64,000 nucleotides of DNA from an uncultured delta proteobacterium (GTDB taxonomy: Bacteria; Desulfobacterota; Binatia; Bin18): assembly GCA_963733195.1 (NCBI GenBank), contig CAVTCR010000052.1, forward strand, positions 35,713 to 99,712, in the 5' to 3' direction. Numbering within the stretch: position 1 is the stretch's first letter; each line of letters opens with the position of its first letter. A program made the position numbers and the translations under genes. Below the pieces are notes generated by a model. That model did no database searches. It was not told the DNA's origin and saw only the letters and a list, made by a program, of their open reading frames with translations. This document shows positions 1 through 10,543 of the stretch, piece by piece.

Positions 1-115
1 TTCAGAGGGACACCTCGGCTCCGTCCTTGCCTTGACCCTCCTTTCTCGCTTCGTTAGTGTCCGCTAAGACGAAAGTCAATCCCAAAGCTCTTGAGACAGT
101 GAGGAGGAAATTGTT

Positions 116-1384
116 TTGCCTCGTGCTTCGGCAGTTGTAGCTCCAGTCAAAGCGTTTTTCCGCGTTGTGACCTCAGCGGAGGCGCGTGCTCAATTGACTG
201 CCTTTGCTCCGAAGACTCGTGTGGAAACCGTGCGGGTCGTTGAGGCGTACGGCCGAGTGCTAGCGAAAGCGTTAACCGCTCCGGTGGATCTGCCACATTT
301 CCACCGCACTAACATGGATGGCTATGCGGTGCGCGCCCAGGATACTTTCGGGGCCTCTCCGAGTATTCCTATGTATCTCAAGCTTGTGGGGACGGTAGAG
401 ATGGGGAAAGAGGCAAAACGTGCACTGAAAAAGGGTGAGACCATGCGCATTGCCACGGGCGGTATGTTACCTCCCGACGCAAACTCCATGGTGATGGTCG
501 AATACACGGAAGAGATGGGGGATGGAACCGTCGAAGTGCACCGCAGCGTCTCTCCTTGGGAAAATATCTTACGGATTGGTGAAGATATCAAAAAAGGAGC
601 CGCGGTTTTTCCGGCTGGGCGACGGCTCCGCGCACATGATGTAGGCGCCCTTACGGGGGTGGGGATTACTACCGTGCCGGTGTATCGTCGTCCCCTTGTG
701 GCGCTGATTTCCACCGGAGATGAGATCGTGCCTCCTGAGCAAACTCCGAAACCAGGAGAAGTGAGAAATATCAATCAATACTCACTACGTGCGATGATTC
801 GCGAGGCTGGTGGAGAACCGCTTGACCTTGGCGTCGTGAAAGATGATCGCGCGACGTTCGAGAAGGCGATGGCTCAGGCGCTGAAAAAAGCTGATGTCGT
901 CATGATTTCTGGTGGGAGTTCGGTCGGTATAAAAGACATGACTGTGGATGTACTTTGTTCCTTCTCGCGCTCGGAAATGTTCTTTCATGGGATCTCGATT
1001 GCCCCTGGGAAACCGACGATTTTTGCCAAAGCTGAAGGAAAGCCGGTGATGGGGTTGCCTGGGCACCCGGTCTCGGCGCTCGTTGTTTTTGCGCTGTTTG
1101 GCGCACCGTTGATCCGCTTACTCGGTGGAGAGTCCGCGAGCACGGCCTTTGCGCCCCAGCATACGACGCGGGCAAAACTCGCGCAAAATGTTGCCTCTGC
1201 GCCTGGACGCGAAGATTACGTGCGAGTTATTTTGGCACGAGAAAATGGAAGTTTACTTGCCCAACCCTTACCTGGTAAATCTGGCGCTGTCTTCAGTCTA
1301 GTGAAGGCTGACGGGATGGTGTGTATCCCTCACGATGAGGAGGGGAAGGAAGCCGGGGAGGAGGTCGAGGTGATTTTATTCTAG
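116..1384 (+). CDS. moeA: Molybdopterin molybdotransferase MoeA (gephyrin-like)
   Basis: MDGYAVRA, IATGGMLP, STGDEI, SGGSSVG and PGKP...GLPGHPVS motifs; GAGGAGG RBS just upstream. Confidence 0.93.
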   Translation: MPRASAVVAPVKAFFRVVTSAEARAQLTAFAPKTRVETVRVVEAYGRVLAKALTAPVDLPHFHRTNMDGYAVRAQDTFGASPSIPMYLKLVGTVEMGKEAKRALKKGETMRIATGGMLPPDANSMVMVEYTEEMGDGTVEVHRSVSPWENILRIGEDIKKGAAVFPAGRRLRAHDVGALTGVGITTVPVYRRPLVALISTGDEIVPPEQTPKPGEVRNINQYSLRAMIREAGGEPLDLGVVKDDRATFEKAMAQALKKADVVMISGGSSVGIKDMTVDVLCSFSRSEMFFHGISIAPGKPTIFAKAEGKPVMGLPGHPVSALVVFALFGAPLIRLLGGESASTAFAPQHTTRAKLAQNVASAPGREDYVRVILARENGSLLAQPLPGKSGAVFSLVKADGMVCIPHDEEGKEAGEEVEVILF

Positions 1385-1482
1385 CAATCTGAGGCTAAAG
1401 CCAAGGAAAATTTCTCTCTTTGGCGTTCCTCCTGGAGCGTCACGCTTACTTAATTTTTGTTCAAATTCGCGAGCCCTTTGCC

Positions 1483-3468
1483 ATGCACGATCATCACGCT
1501 CCTGAACCTACATCCGCCCACGTCGAGCGCAAACGTTATCTAAAAAAGAAATCACTGCCTGAAGCGCTTGCCGTCTTTCTTGCCGCTGCTACGCCTCCTC
1601 ATCGCGCGGAGCGGATTACCGTCGAAGAGACGCTGCATCGCACTATCGCCGAGCCGATCTTTGCTCTTCTCTCTGCACCCACACTACCACGGAGCCGCCA
1701 TGGATGGCATTGCCGTGCGAGCTGAGGACACGTTTGGCGCGAGTGAGTTTACCGCAGTGACGCTAACGTCGGCAGCTACCAGCGGGCGCAAAGCGAAACT
1801 CAACGGCGCGCACCCGGCTTTTCAATACGTGGATACCGGGAATCCGCTTCCTTCCTGGGCCAATGCGGTACATAATGATTGAGCGGGTGTTTAAGAAAAA
1901 TGAGCAAGAGGTCGAGATTCGCGACGCCGCCACGCCGTGGCAACATGTCCGTTTAGTTGGTGAGGATATTGTCGCTACTGAGCCCTTGTTACCGCGTGGT
2001 CATAAGATACGACCCTATGACATTGGCGCGCTGCTTGCCGCGGGCCATACCCAGATTCCCGTCGTGGCGAAGCCGACCGTGGGCATTATTCCTACCGGTT
2101 CAGAATTGATCGAACCCGGAGAAGCGCCGCGACCTGGGCGGATTATTGAGTTCAATTCCCGTGTTGTTGCGGCATTTACTGAAGAGTGGGGAGGTCTGCC
2201 TCGACGCCTCCCGCGAGTGGTCGATGATCTTCCGACCATCATCAAGGCGCTCAACCAGGCCGTGAAAGATCATGACATTGTCGTGATCATTGCTGGCTCT
2301 TCGGCTGGTGAACATGACTTTACTGTGCATGCATTGGAGTCCTGCGGTGAAGTGTTAGTGCATGGCATCGATGTTATGCCCGGGAAACCCGCGATTCTGG
2401 CGGTGAGCGAGGGAAAACCAGTGATTGGCCTCCCTGGGTATCCAGTGTCGGCGGTAGTGATCTGCCAGCAAATCCTGCGTCCTTTGATTGCTCATTTCTT
2501 AGGTCGGACGGCTGAGGAACCACCGAAGGTCAAAGCCTTCCTGCCGCGCAAAATTCCCTCCCGTTTAGGGTTGGAGGAGTTTGTGCGCGTGAGTCTCGGT
2601 CAAGTCGGTGACCGCGTGATCGTCAATCCCCTCGGTCGCGGCGCGGGTGTGATCACCACGATGGTGAAGGCTGATGGCGTGCTGCGTATCCCTTCACTTG
2701 ATGAGGGGTTGAATGCTGGACAAGAGGTGGAGGTCGAACTCTTACGCCCTGCTGAAGAGATCGCCACCACGATTCTTTTTACCGGCAGTAATGACCTCAC
2801 TATCGGTGTCCTTGACGACCAAGTACGCGCCCAGCATCCGGGTCTACGCATTTCAGCGAGCAGCATTGGTTCTCTTCGGCGGACTGATTGCCCTCAAACG
2901 AGGCGAAGCTCACATCGTTGGTAGTCATCTGCTTGACCCTATTACTGGCGTTTACAATCTCCCGGACCTGAAAAAGCAACAGTTACGCTCGAAGGTTGTG
3001 TTGATGAACCTGGTCGTTCGGGAGCAGGGGCTGATTGTTCCTAAAGGGAATCCCAAAAAGATTCGGGGAATCAAAGACCTCACTCGTCCTGACGTTACCT
3101 TCATTAACCGCCAGCCCGGTGCTGGTACTCGAGTGCTGCTCGACTATAAGCTCGCCAAGCTGAAAATGAAGCCTCAACAGGTGCGCGGCTACGAGCGTGA
3201 AGAAGTGACGCATATGGCAGTAGCAGTTGCTGTCGCTAGCGGGCTAGCGGATACGGGGCTTGGCATCAAATCCGCCGCCAAAGCGTTGGGCTTAGATTTC
3301 GTCCCAGTCGAGCGGGAAGATTACGATCTCGTGTTTCTCAAGAATTTCTTCTCCAGTGAGATGGGCCAGAAGTTGGTGAGCGTCATTCGTTCCAAAGAGT
3401 TCAAACAAGCAGTCGCGCGACTTGACGGCTACGCTACTGCGAAGACGGGAACGATCAAAAAAATATAA
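1483..3468 (+). CDS. moeA: MoeA paralog fused to a C-terminal PBP/LysR-type oxyanion-binding domain; frameshifted at about 1680, 1870 and 2875
   Basis: Consecutive ORFs give AAMDGIAVRAEDT, PTGSEL, PGKP..GLPGYPVS, then GSNDL...GLIALKRGEAHIVGSHL, FINRQPGAGTR and THMAVAVAVASG. Confidence 0.88.
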
Positions 3469-3477
3469 CCTTCACCC

Positions 3478-4017
3478 TCATGCCAGTTCCTTCGAACTTG
3501 GCGAGATAGCCGACACACATCGACGTATAAACAAATCTTCGGGTGAGTAATAAGGCGAGTCAAAGCTCTTGGCGTCGAGCGCCTCTATCTGTGTTTGCTG
3601 CCGGGTGAGATAGTCACGACAGATAGTGAGTTGCGCCTCGATAAGCGCGTGGGTCTTTGTCGCACTCAAACGTCGGGCAAAATAGAGCTTCAGGAGAAAA
3701 TCAAGGCGGACTTCGCGAATGCGCGCCACCGGACGATAGACCCAAGCGAGAAAAAGTTCCGCAGCCCCTGCGGTTAAGGAAAAGACCGTCCGTGGGGGTT
3801 GGGCACCCACGGTCTCGCGTTTGCCAGAGAGGAGCCCATGCTCCTGCAAATCCTTCAGAAAGCTATAGACCGTGCTGATATCTGCGGGCACGACTTGCCC
3901 TAAGTCGATGTCTAGTTTGAAATGCTGGGCGATCTCGTAGCCGTGCATAGATTGTTCGTGCAGCAGGCCAAGAATGGCATAGGCTGTGGGGGTTAGATTG
4001 ACATGAAGAAGAGACAT
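3478..4017 (-). CDS. PadR-family transcriptional regulator
   Basis: AILGLLHEQSMHGYEI...TVYSFLKDLQEHGLL...PPRTVFSLTAG winged helix; likely ATG at 4017. Confidence 0.85.
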   Translation of the reverse strand: MSLLHVNLTPTAYAILGLLHEQSMHGYEIAQHFKLDIDLGQVVPADISTVYSFLKDLQEHGLLSGKRETVGAQPPRTVFSLTAGAAELFLAWVYRPVARIREVRLDFLLKLYFARRLSATKTHALIEAQLTICRDYLTRQQTQIEALDAKSFDSPYYSPEDLFIRRCVSAISPSSKELA

Positions 4018-4118
4018 CGCTATATCGACGCCCGAATAATTGGTAACGGAGTATAGGTGGACTGCTGAATCGTCAAGGACGGGAAAGGAGGAAGAGAGCG
4101 TGCTCATCATGTCGCGTA

Positions 4119-5737
4119 GTGGTAGCGGAGCGTAACGACGTGGAAACGCGCCGCCGGAGTGCTGTGGCTTTTTTCTCTTCCCTTCCAATTGGCTTTGCGG
4201 GGGGACTGATTGGCCTGGGCGGGGCAGAATTTCGCCTGCCGGTGCTGGCTGGTCCTCTGGGCTACTCCCCGCATCAAGCCGTGCCACTCAATCTCGCCAT
4301 TAGCCTTGTGACACTGCTGGTGGCGCTGGTGAGCCGGACGACGACACTGTCTCTTGTGCCTCTTGACTCTTTTCGCGCCAGCAATACTTGCGCTCATTAT
4401 GGGTGCGGTGATCACGGCGTTTCTGGGAGTCACCTTTCTCCATCGTCTTTCGGAAGAGCGGCTCACTCGGGTGATTTTCTTCCTCCTCGCTAGTATTGGA
4501 GTAGCCTTATTCTCGAAGGCTTTTTGCCGCAGAACCTTCCAGGATTTCTGCCGTCTGCCTTACGTGGCGTGTAAGTGCAGGCCTCCTTTTTGGACTTGCG
4601 ATCGGCTTCGTCAGTAGTCTTCTTGGGGTGGCAGGCGGGGAACTGATTATCCCGACGCTCGTCTTTGCGTTTGGGGCGGATATCAAAACGGCAGGCACAG
4701 CAAGTCTCCTGATAGGTATGCCGACGGTATTGGTAGGAGTCCTGCGCTATGCAAGTCGCGGGGCTTTCACTGAACGGCGGCTTCTTCGCGAGACGGCGCT
4801 GCCTATGAGCGTTGGGTCACTCCTTGGCGCAACTGCTGGCGGCCTGCTTGTTGGCGTGATTCCAGCAGGGGTTCTTAAGGTTGTCCTGGGTATCATCCTC
4901 AACGGATCTGCCTTTCATATTTTCCACCGGAGAAAGGCGCTCAAGAGACAGAACGAATCTGAGCACGTACCTCAATTCTCTCCGGTATCGCCTTCGGAGG
5001 TGCATCTTGCCACCACCACCAGCGTGCAGGACACATACCTGCTTGCTGCTGTGCTTCCGCTCTTTGAGCAAGAAAGCGGCTATCGGGTACAGAACACTTG
5101 TGGTCGGAACTGGACGGGCACTGGCGCTAGCGAGACAGAGTGAGGCTGACCTCGTCTTTACTCACGCACCAGCAGCGGAGAAGTCTGCCCTTCTCGCAGG
5201 CACGGTGATGAACCGTCGCTTGGTGATGCACAATACCTTTCTGCTTGCTGGCCCAGCAGCGGACCCCGCTCAGACGAGAGGAAGTCTCACCATCTCTGAA
5301 ACCCTGGCAAAGATTGCCCAGGCACGCGCCTCTTTGTGTCCCGAGGTGATGAGTCCGGCACTCACCTCTTTGAAAAGCAGCTCTGGGAGCAGGCGGGCGT
5401 TACCCCAGCAGAGCCCTGGTATGTGACCACGAACCAAGGCATGGGGAACACGCTTGAGGTGGCGGGAAGAAAGCACACCTATGTGTTGACTGACCGGGCA
5501 ACCTACACCGCGTTTCAGCAGCGCGTAGGGCTGGTCATCCTGTTCGAAGGTGACTCAGAGTCATTAAATCCCTACCATGTGATGGAAGTCACTCCAACGC
5601 AGCGGCCTAGGGGCAATCCCTTGGGTGGAAAAGCCTTGGCGGATTTTTTTTCGACTCCGGTGCAGAACTTGCTTTCCACGTTTGGGGCGGAGCGGTTTGG
5701 CGAGCCCCTCTTTCATCCTGCTTGCCGAGGCGAGTGA
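4119..5737 (+). CDS. tupA: TauE/SafE (TSUP) membrane protein apparently fused to a tungstate-binding TupA domain; several frameshifts
   Basis: GLIGLGGAEFRLP and SSLLGVAGGELIIP TSUP repeats; ORF 4628-5143 runs without a stop from the last TM helix into LATTTSVQDT; downstream SRGDESGTH, QGMG, LTDRATY and LNPYHV are TupA motifs. Confidence 0.8.
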
Positions 5738-5793
5738 CGTTTCTAAGGAAGTTCTTGTTCGTCTTTTGCGGGCATGATAGACACTTGAGAAGA

Positions 5794-5823
5794 AATTCGT
5801 ACTAATTCGTACCAATTCTTACT
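5794..5823. promoter_or_regulatory. Three 10-bp tandem direct repeats upstream of the AOR operon, a candidate operator
   Basis: AATTCGTACT AATTCGTACC AATTCTTACT, ending 31 bp before the aor ATG. Confidence 0.55.
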
Positions 5824-5854
5824 TCTGCAACGTTGTCTATGTAGGGAGGGCGTT

Positions 5855-7660
5855 ATGCAAGGCGCAACTGTTCTGCGTGTCAACCTGAGTACTGGCCAGA
5901 TCCGCAAAGAAGCAGTGCCAGAGCAAATGATCAAAACCTTTATTGGCGGTCGTGGGGTGGGCAGCAAGCTGCTGATGGACAACATGGACCCCAAGATCGA
6001 CGCTCTTGATCCGCGCAATCCGCTCATTTTTGCCACTGGTCCGGTCACTGGAACCTATGCGCCGACTGGTGGCCGCTACATGGTCATTACCAAGTCACCA
6101 CTGACTGGAGCGATCGCTTGCTCGAACTCTGGTGGATATTGGGGACCCGCATTACGCTATGCGGGCTACGAATATCTGCTCCTTGAGGGCAAGGCGAAAG
6201 AACCCAGTTATCTCTACATCCATGATGACAAGGTCGAGATCCGCAGTGCCAAGCACCTTTGGGGCAAAATCGTCGACGACACAGAAAACATGATTCGTGA
6301 AGAGACCCATCCTGAAGTGCGGGTCGCGTCGATCGGCCAAGGAGGTGAAAACCTCGCACGCACCGCCTGCGTCATGAACGATAAAGGACGTGCCGCTGGT
6401 CGTTCCGGAGTCGGTGCGGTCATGGGCTCGAAGAACCTCAAAGCCGTCGCTGTCCTTGGCACCAAAGGGTTGAAGATTGCCAATCCTGCCGCATTTACGC
6501 AGGCGGTGTTGAAAGGCCGTGACAAGCTGGTGAAAGGTCCGACCACTGCCGGTCTCACCATGTTGGGTACGGCAGGCACGGTGTCCTATATGAACATGGT
6601 CGGTATGTTGCCGACCAACAATTTCCAGATGGGCGTTTTTGCAGGGGCAGCGGCTGTCGATGGTACGGTCGTCAAGAAAGACTTCATGACGCGTAACCGT
6701 GGCTGTCATAGCTGCATGATTCATTGTGGTCGGGTGACGAAAGTCACCGGACACGGCCAGTTTGACGGTCGAGGTGAAGGGCCGGAATACGAAACGATCT
6801 ACGGCGTTGGCACGATCTGCGGCGTCGATAACCTCGCTGCTGTCATCAAAGCAAACTACTTGTGCAATGAGTATGGATTAGACACCCTCGAAGCCGGCAT
6901 CTCTATTGGTACGGCGATCGAGTTGGCGGAGAAAGGCTATATCCCTGAGAGCGACATCGGCTTTCCGTTGAAATTCGGTGATGCTGATGCCATGGTCAAG
7001 TTGCTCGAAGCCCAAGCCTTCCGCAAAGGTCCGATTGGTCACTGGCTGGCAGAAGGCGGGTTTCGTCTCGCGGAACACTACGGGCATCCAGAACTGTTCA
7101 TGGGCTCGAAAAAGCAGGGTTTTGCCGCCTACGATCCGCGCGGCTCGATCGGTATGGGGCTGGCCTACGCCACCTCGAACCGTGGTGCCTGCCATCTGCG
7201 TGGCTATACCATTTCGCTTGAGCACTTCGGCAATCCCATCAAGCTGGACCCATTTACGATGAAAGACAAACCGTACTGGCTTACCATCCTGCAAAACACG
7301 ACGTCGTTCGTCGATGCGTCGGGTATTTGCTTGTTCTCGACCTTTGACATGAGTCCTGGTGAAGATGTGACGGCGATGGTCAGTGAGTCGCTCGGGTACA
7401 ATGTAGGCGGACCGGAGGAGATGCTCACAATTGGTGACCGCATTTGGAATCTAGAGCGCATGTTTAACAATGCGGCTGGATTGACTCGCGCGGATGACAG
7501 CCTGCCGCCGCGTATCACCAACGAGCCGTTGACCGAAGGACCGAGCAAGGGGCACGTCGTTGACCTGCCGCCCATGCTGGATGAGTACTATCAACTGCGT
7601 GGCTGGGATACTCAAGGACGACCGACGAGCGATAAATTGCGCCAACTGGGGCTTGCGTAA
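5855..7660 (+). CDS. aor: Tungsten-containing aldehyde:ferredoxin oxidoreductase, catalytic subunit
   Basis: IGGRG, TKSPLTG, AAGRSGVGAVMGSKNLKAV, CHSCMIHC, EGPEYET, RGACHL and YYQLRGW motifs. Confidence 0.95.
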   Translation: MQGATVLRVNLSTGQIRKEAVPEQMIKTFIGGRGVGSKLLMDNMDPKIDALDPRNPLIFATGPVTGTYAPTGGRYMVITKSPLTGAIACSNSGGYWGPALRYAGYEYLLLEGKAKEPSYLYIHDDKVEIRSAKHLWGKIVDDTENMIREETHPEVRVASIGQGGENLARTACVMNDKGRAAGRSGVGAVMGSKNLKAVAVLGTKGLKIANPAAFTQAVLKGRDKLVKGPTTAGLTMLGTAGTVSYMNMVGMLPTNNFQMGVFAGAAAVDGTVVKKDFMTRNRGCHSCMIHCGRVTKVTGHGQFDGRGEGPEYETIYGVGTICGVDNLAAVIKANYLCNEYGLDTLEAGISIGTAIELAEKGYIPESDIGFPLKFGDADAMVKLLEAQAFRKGPIGHWLAEGGFRLAEHYGHPELFMGSKKQGFAAYDPRGSIGMGLAYATSNRGACHLRGYTISLEHFGNPIKLDPFTMKDKPYWLTILQNTTSFVDASGICLFSTFDMSPGEDVTAMVSESLGYNVGGPEEMLTIGDRIWNLERMFNNAAGLTRADDSLPPRITNEPLTEGPSKGHVVDLPPMLDEYYQLRGWDTQGRPTSDKLRQLGLA

Positions 7661-7673
7661 TAGGGGAGGGGAT

Positions 7674-8138
7674 ATGAAACAGATTGTTGTTCATCAAGAA
7701 AAGTGTACCGCCTGTCGTGAGTGTGAATTAGCCTGTTCGTTTTCTCACGAAGGCTCTTTCATTCCCACTCTTTCACGCATTCGGATTGCTGACTTCTATG
7801 AGGAGCAGTTCTATCAACCGATGGTGTGTGTGCATTGCGCCGATGCGCCGTGTGCGGCGGTGTGCCCGACTGTGGCAATCCAACGTCAAGCAGACGGGCA
7901 GATCAAGGTTATCGAAGACCGCTGTATTGGCTGCAAGATGTGCCTGCTTGCGTGCCCCTTCGGCGTGATGGGGTTCTCACCGGATAAAGGTGTGGCGCAC
8001 AACTGTGATTTCTGCGACGGCGATCCGCAATGCGTACAGTTCTGTACTCCAGGGGCCTTGGAATTTGCTGATGTTGTGGCGGCGTCTGCTCCGGCGAGGC
8101 AAAAAGCGGCAGCCGCCCTAGGGTTGCCGCAGGCGTAA
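7674..8138 (+). CDS. 4Fe-4S dicluster electron-transfer subunit (AorA-like)
   Basis: CTACRECELAC, CVHCADAPCAAVCP, CIGCKMCLLACP and CDFC..PQCVQFC; GGGGAGG RBS before ATG 7674. Confidence 0.92.
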   Translation: MKQIVVHQEKCTACRECELACSFSHEGSFIPTLSRIRIADFYEEQFYQPMVCVHCADAPCAAVCPTVAIQRQADGQIKVIEDRCIGCKMCLLACPFGVMGFSPDKGVAHNCDFCDGDPQCVQFCTPGALEFADVVAASAPARQKAAAALGLPQA

Positions 8139-8305
8139 CGCGTGGAAGTCTCGTGTAACGTGGTGCAAGTAGTGGAACGTGAAAGATCGGAAAGGAACGC
8201 CTGCTGGGTGAATTTCGAGGCTGTCGGGCATGACACGTTCATCGTAACACGCAGTATGCGACATGATGCCAACATCACGATCTGTGATTGAATCGGAGGG
8301 GAAGC

Positions 8306-9560
8306 ATGGCCACGAAATATGTGCTCATTGGCAATAGCGCAGCCTCGTTAGCCGCAGTGGACGGTATCCGAAAATTCGACAAACAAGGCGAAATCACCAT
8401 CATCAATCGCGAGACCGGTCCCGCGTACTCCCGCGTTGCTCTTCCCTACTATGTGGCAGGAGAGATGACGCTCGACGATCTCTTGATTCGTCAGAAACCT
8501 GATTACCAAAAGATTGGTGTCTCGCTGGTTGAAAAAGAGAACGTGAAGGCCATCAACCCATCCGCAAAGCAGGTCGAGTTAGAAAGCGGGAAGAAAGTCA
8601 GCTACGACAAGTTGCTGATCGGGACGGGTTCAGAGACGATCGTTCCGCCGATTCAGGGCCTTGCGCAGGTTCCGCATCACTATCTGTGGACACTTGATGA
8701 CGCGATCGGCATGAAAAAAGCCACTGAGAAAGCAAAGACCGCAGTGGTGATCGGTGGTGGCTTCATTGGCATGCTTGCTGCCGAAGCTCTGCGGAAGTTA
8801 AAGATCAAACTGACGATTGTGGAGATGGCGCCGATTCTCCTGCCGCAGTTGCTTGATGAAGGAGCTGGCAAACTGTTCCTCAAGGCGGTTCGTGATGAAG
8901 GTGTGACGGTGCGGACTGGTTCGCTCGTGTCGGCGGTAGCACAGAAGAATGACGGTATCGAAGTCACGCTGAAGAATGGTGATACTTTTACCGTTGATAT
9001 GGCTGTGGTGGCGACCGGTGTTCGTCCCCACGTCGGTTTCTTACAGAATGGCGCGGTCACTCTCAATAAAGGCGTGCTGGTGAACGAGTACCTACAGACG
9101 AATCATCCTGATATCTACGCGGCTGGTGATGTAGCCGAGACCAAAGATTTCTTGTCGGATGATCGTTCGATTTATGCGATCTGGCCAACAGCGATTGATC
9201 AAGGACGGGCAGCAGGCACGAACATGGCCGGTAAGAAACAAGCCTACCCTGGCAGTCTTGGGATGAATGTCGTTGAGTTGTTCAATGTTACTCTGGCGCA
9301 GCTTGGGCGTTTCCGTGAAGGACCTGGGGACGACGTAAAAATGCTGTCCAAAGGGAGACGACGAGACGTATCGGAAAATTGTCGTTGATAAGAACGGAAC
9401 CCTGGTCGGTGCGGTTTATGTAGGGAACGAGAATGGCGTCGCGGAGATGGGTGTCATTCATAGTGCTATCAAGCGGCGTGAGAAGTGGCAGGGCTTCAAA
9501 GACGGACGTCCACCGCAGTTCACATACGGTGCAGTCATGCATAACGTGCCTCGGTATTAG
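8306..9560 (+). CDS. FAD-dependent pyridine nucleotide oxidoreductase (AorC-like); frameshift near 9352
   Basis: YDKLLIGTGS, VIGGGFIG and TNHPDIYAAGD; the C-terminus continues in another frame to TAG 9560. Confidence 0.9.
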
Positions 9561-9562
9561 TT

Positions 9563-9823
9563 ATGGCAGATACGCTTACTATTACCGTCAAGCTGTTTGC
9601 GACGTTGAAGAAATATCTTCCACCGGGGAAGGAAGAAGGAATCTCACTTACGTTACCGGCTGGCTCGACCGTTCTTGATGTCATTGACGCGCTGAAAATC
9701 CCGCACGAGCAGGCCACTATGCTCGTGGCGGGAGATACCTACGTTGAGAAAACCACTCCCCTGACCGACGGGCTTCAGCTCAGCATCTTCCCGCCGCTTG
9801 CAGGGGGGCGAGACGCTGACTAA
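9563..9823 (+). CDS. MoaD/ThiS-family sulfur carrier (AorD-like)
   Basis: VKLFATL...LSIFPPLAGG, followed by a short RDAD extension. Confidence 0.9.
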   Translation: MADTLTITVKLFATLKKYLPPGKEEGISLTLPAGSTVLDVIDALKIPHEQATMLVAGDTYVEKTTPLTDGLQLSIFPPLAGGRDAD

Positions 9824-9872
9824 CTTCATCGACTGGTACTGCAAGCTGACGACTCGACTGTCAATCACTTCC

Positions 9873-9899
9873 AGTGCCGTAGCCCGGATGAAATCCGGG
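9873..9899. repeat. GTAG-type REP palindrome; left copy of a 24-bp direct repeat
   Basis: agtgccGTAGcccggatgaaatccggg; 23/24 identical to 14504-14527. Confidence 0.75.
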
Positions 9900-9929
9900 A
9901 ATACTTTTCTTACCGCGAATCGTCCCATC

Positions 9930-10368
9930 TCACGCAGCGGGTTGCAGACTGACAATCAGTCGGTGGCCCACTGCTGCCAGAGCAGCCTCAATACGAGGAA
10001 GCTTCGATGGATGTCGCGGGTCTAATAACCGCCGCACTTCTTTTTCATCACACTGTAGCCGCTTCGCTAGTTCTGCCTTAGTAATCTGCGCATCTTGCAA
10101 GGCAATATACAGAGCCGCTTTCGCTGCCGTTTGCGCCGCTAACGGTACCGCACACTGACCTCGTTTGAGTCGAGAAGAGGGAGGGAATAGATAACCCCGT
10201 GACAATCCGATTCGCGATCGCTTCTTCGAGGCAATCCGCAGCTTCGTGCCAAGCCTCTTCCTCAGTTTCTCCTTGCGTGATCGCTTCAGGAATGTCAACG
10301 AACGTAACTACAAAACCGCCATCCTTCGCGTCTGGGGTAAAAATCGCGGGATATACAAACTGTTCCAT
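9930..10368 (-). CDS. hicB: HicB-family antitoxin, frameshifted; no adjacent hicA
   Basis: YPAIFTPD..GGFVVTFVDIPEAITQGET, then a C-terminal HTH (KAELAKRLQCDEKEVRRLLDP) in the next frame. Confidence 0.85.
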
Positions 10369-10543
10369 AAATGAATTCATTTCCTGTCACGATTCACTAT
10401 AGCGGACATTTTTGTCCTGTTGTCAAGACAAGCATGCGAAGCCGAACGCTTCGGATGGCCCCCGATTTCCTACGTGCTCGTGTTCTCCTTGTGCGGACGC
10501 GACAAACTGCATATATAAATCGTTCAAGGAATGAGAACCGCGC

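Noticed and set aside
1483-3468. Programmed frameshifting or true pseudogenisation of moeA2, aorC, fdh, coxL and tupC
   Set aside because: Single-base indels are scattered through many otherwise well-conserved genes with no consistent slippery sites; sequencing error is more parsimonious, though it cannot be proven without reads
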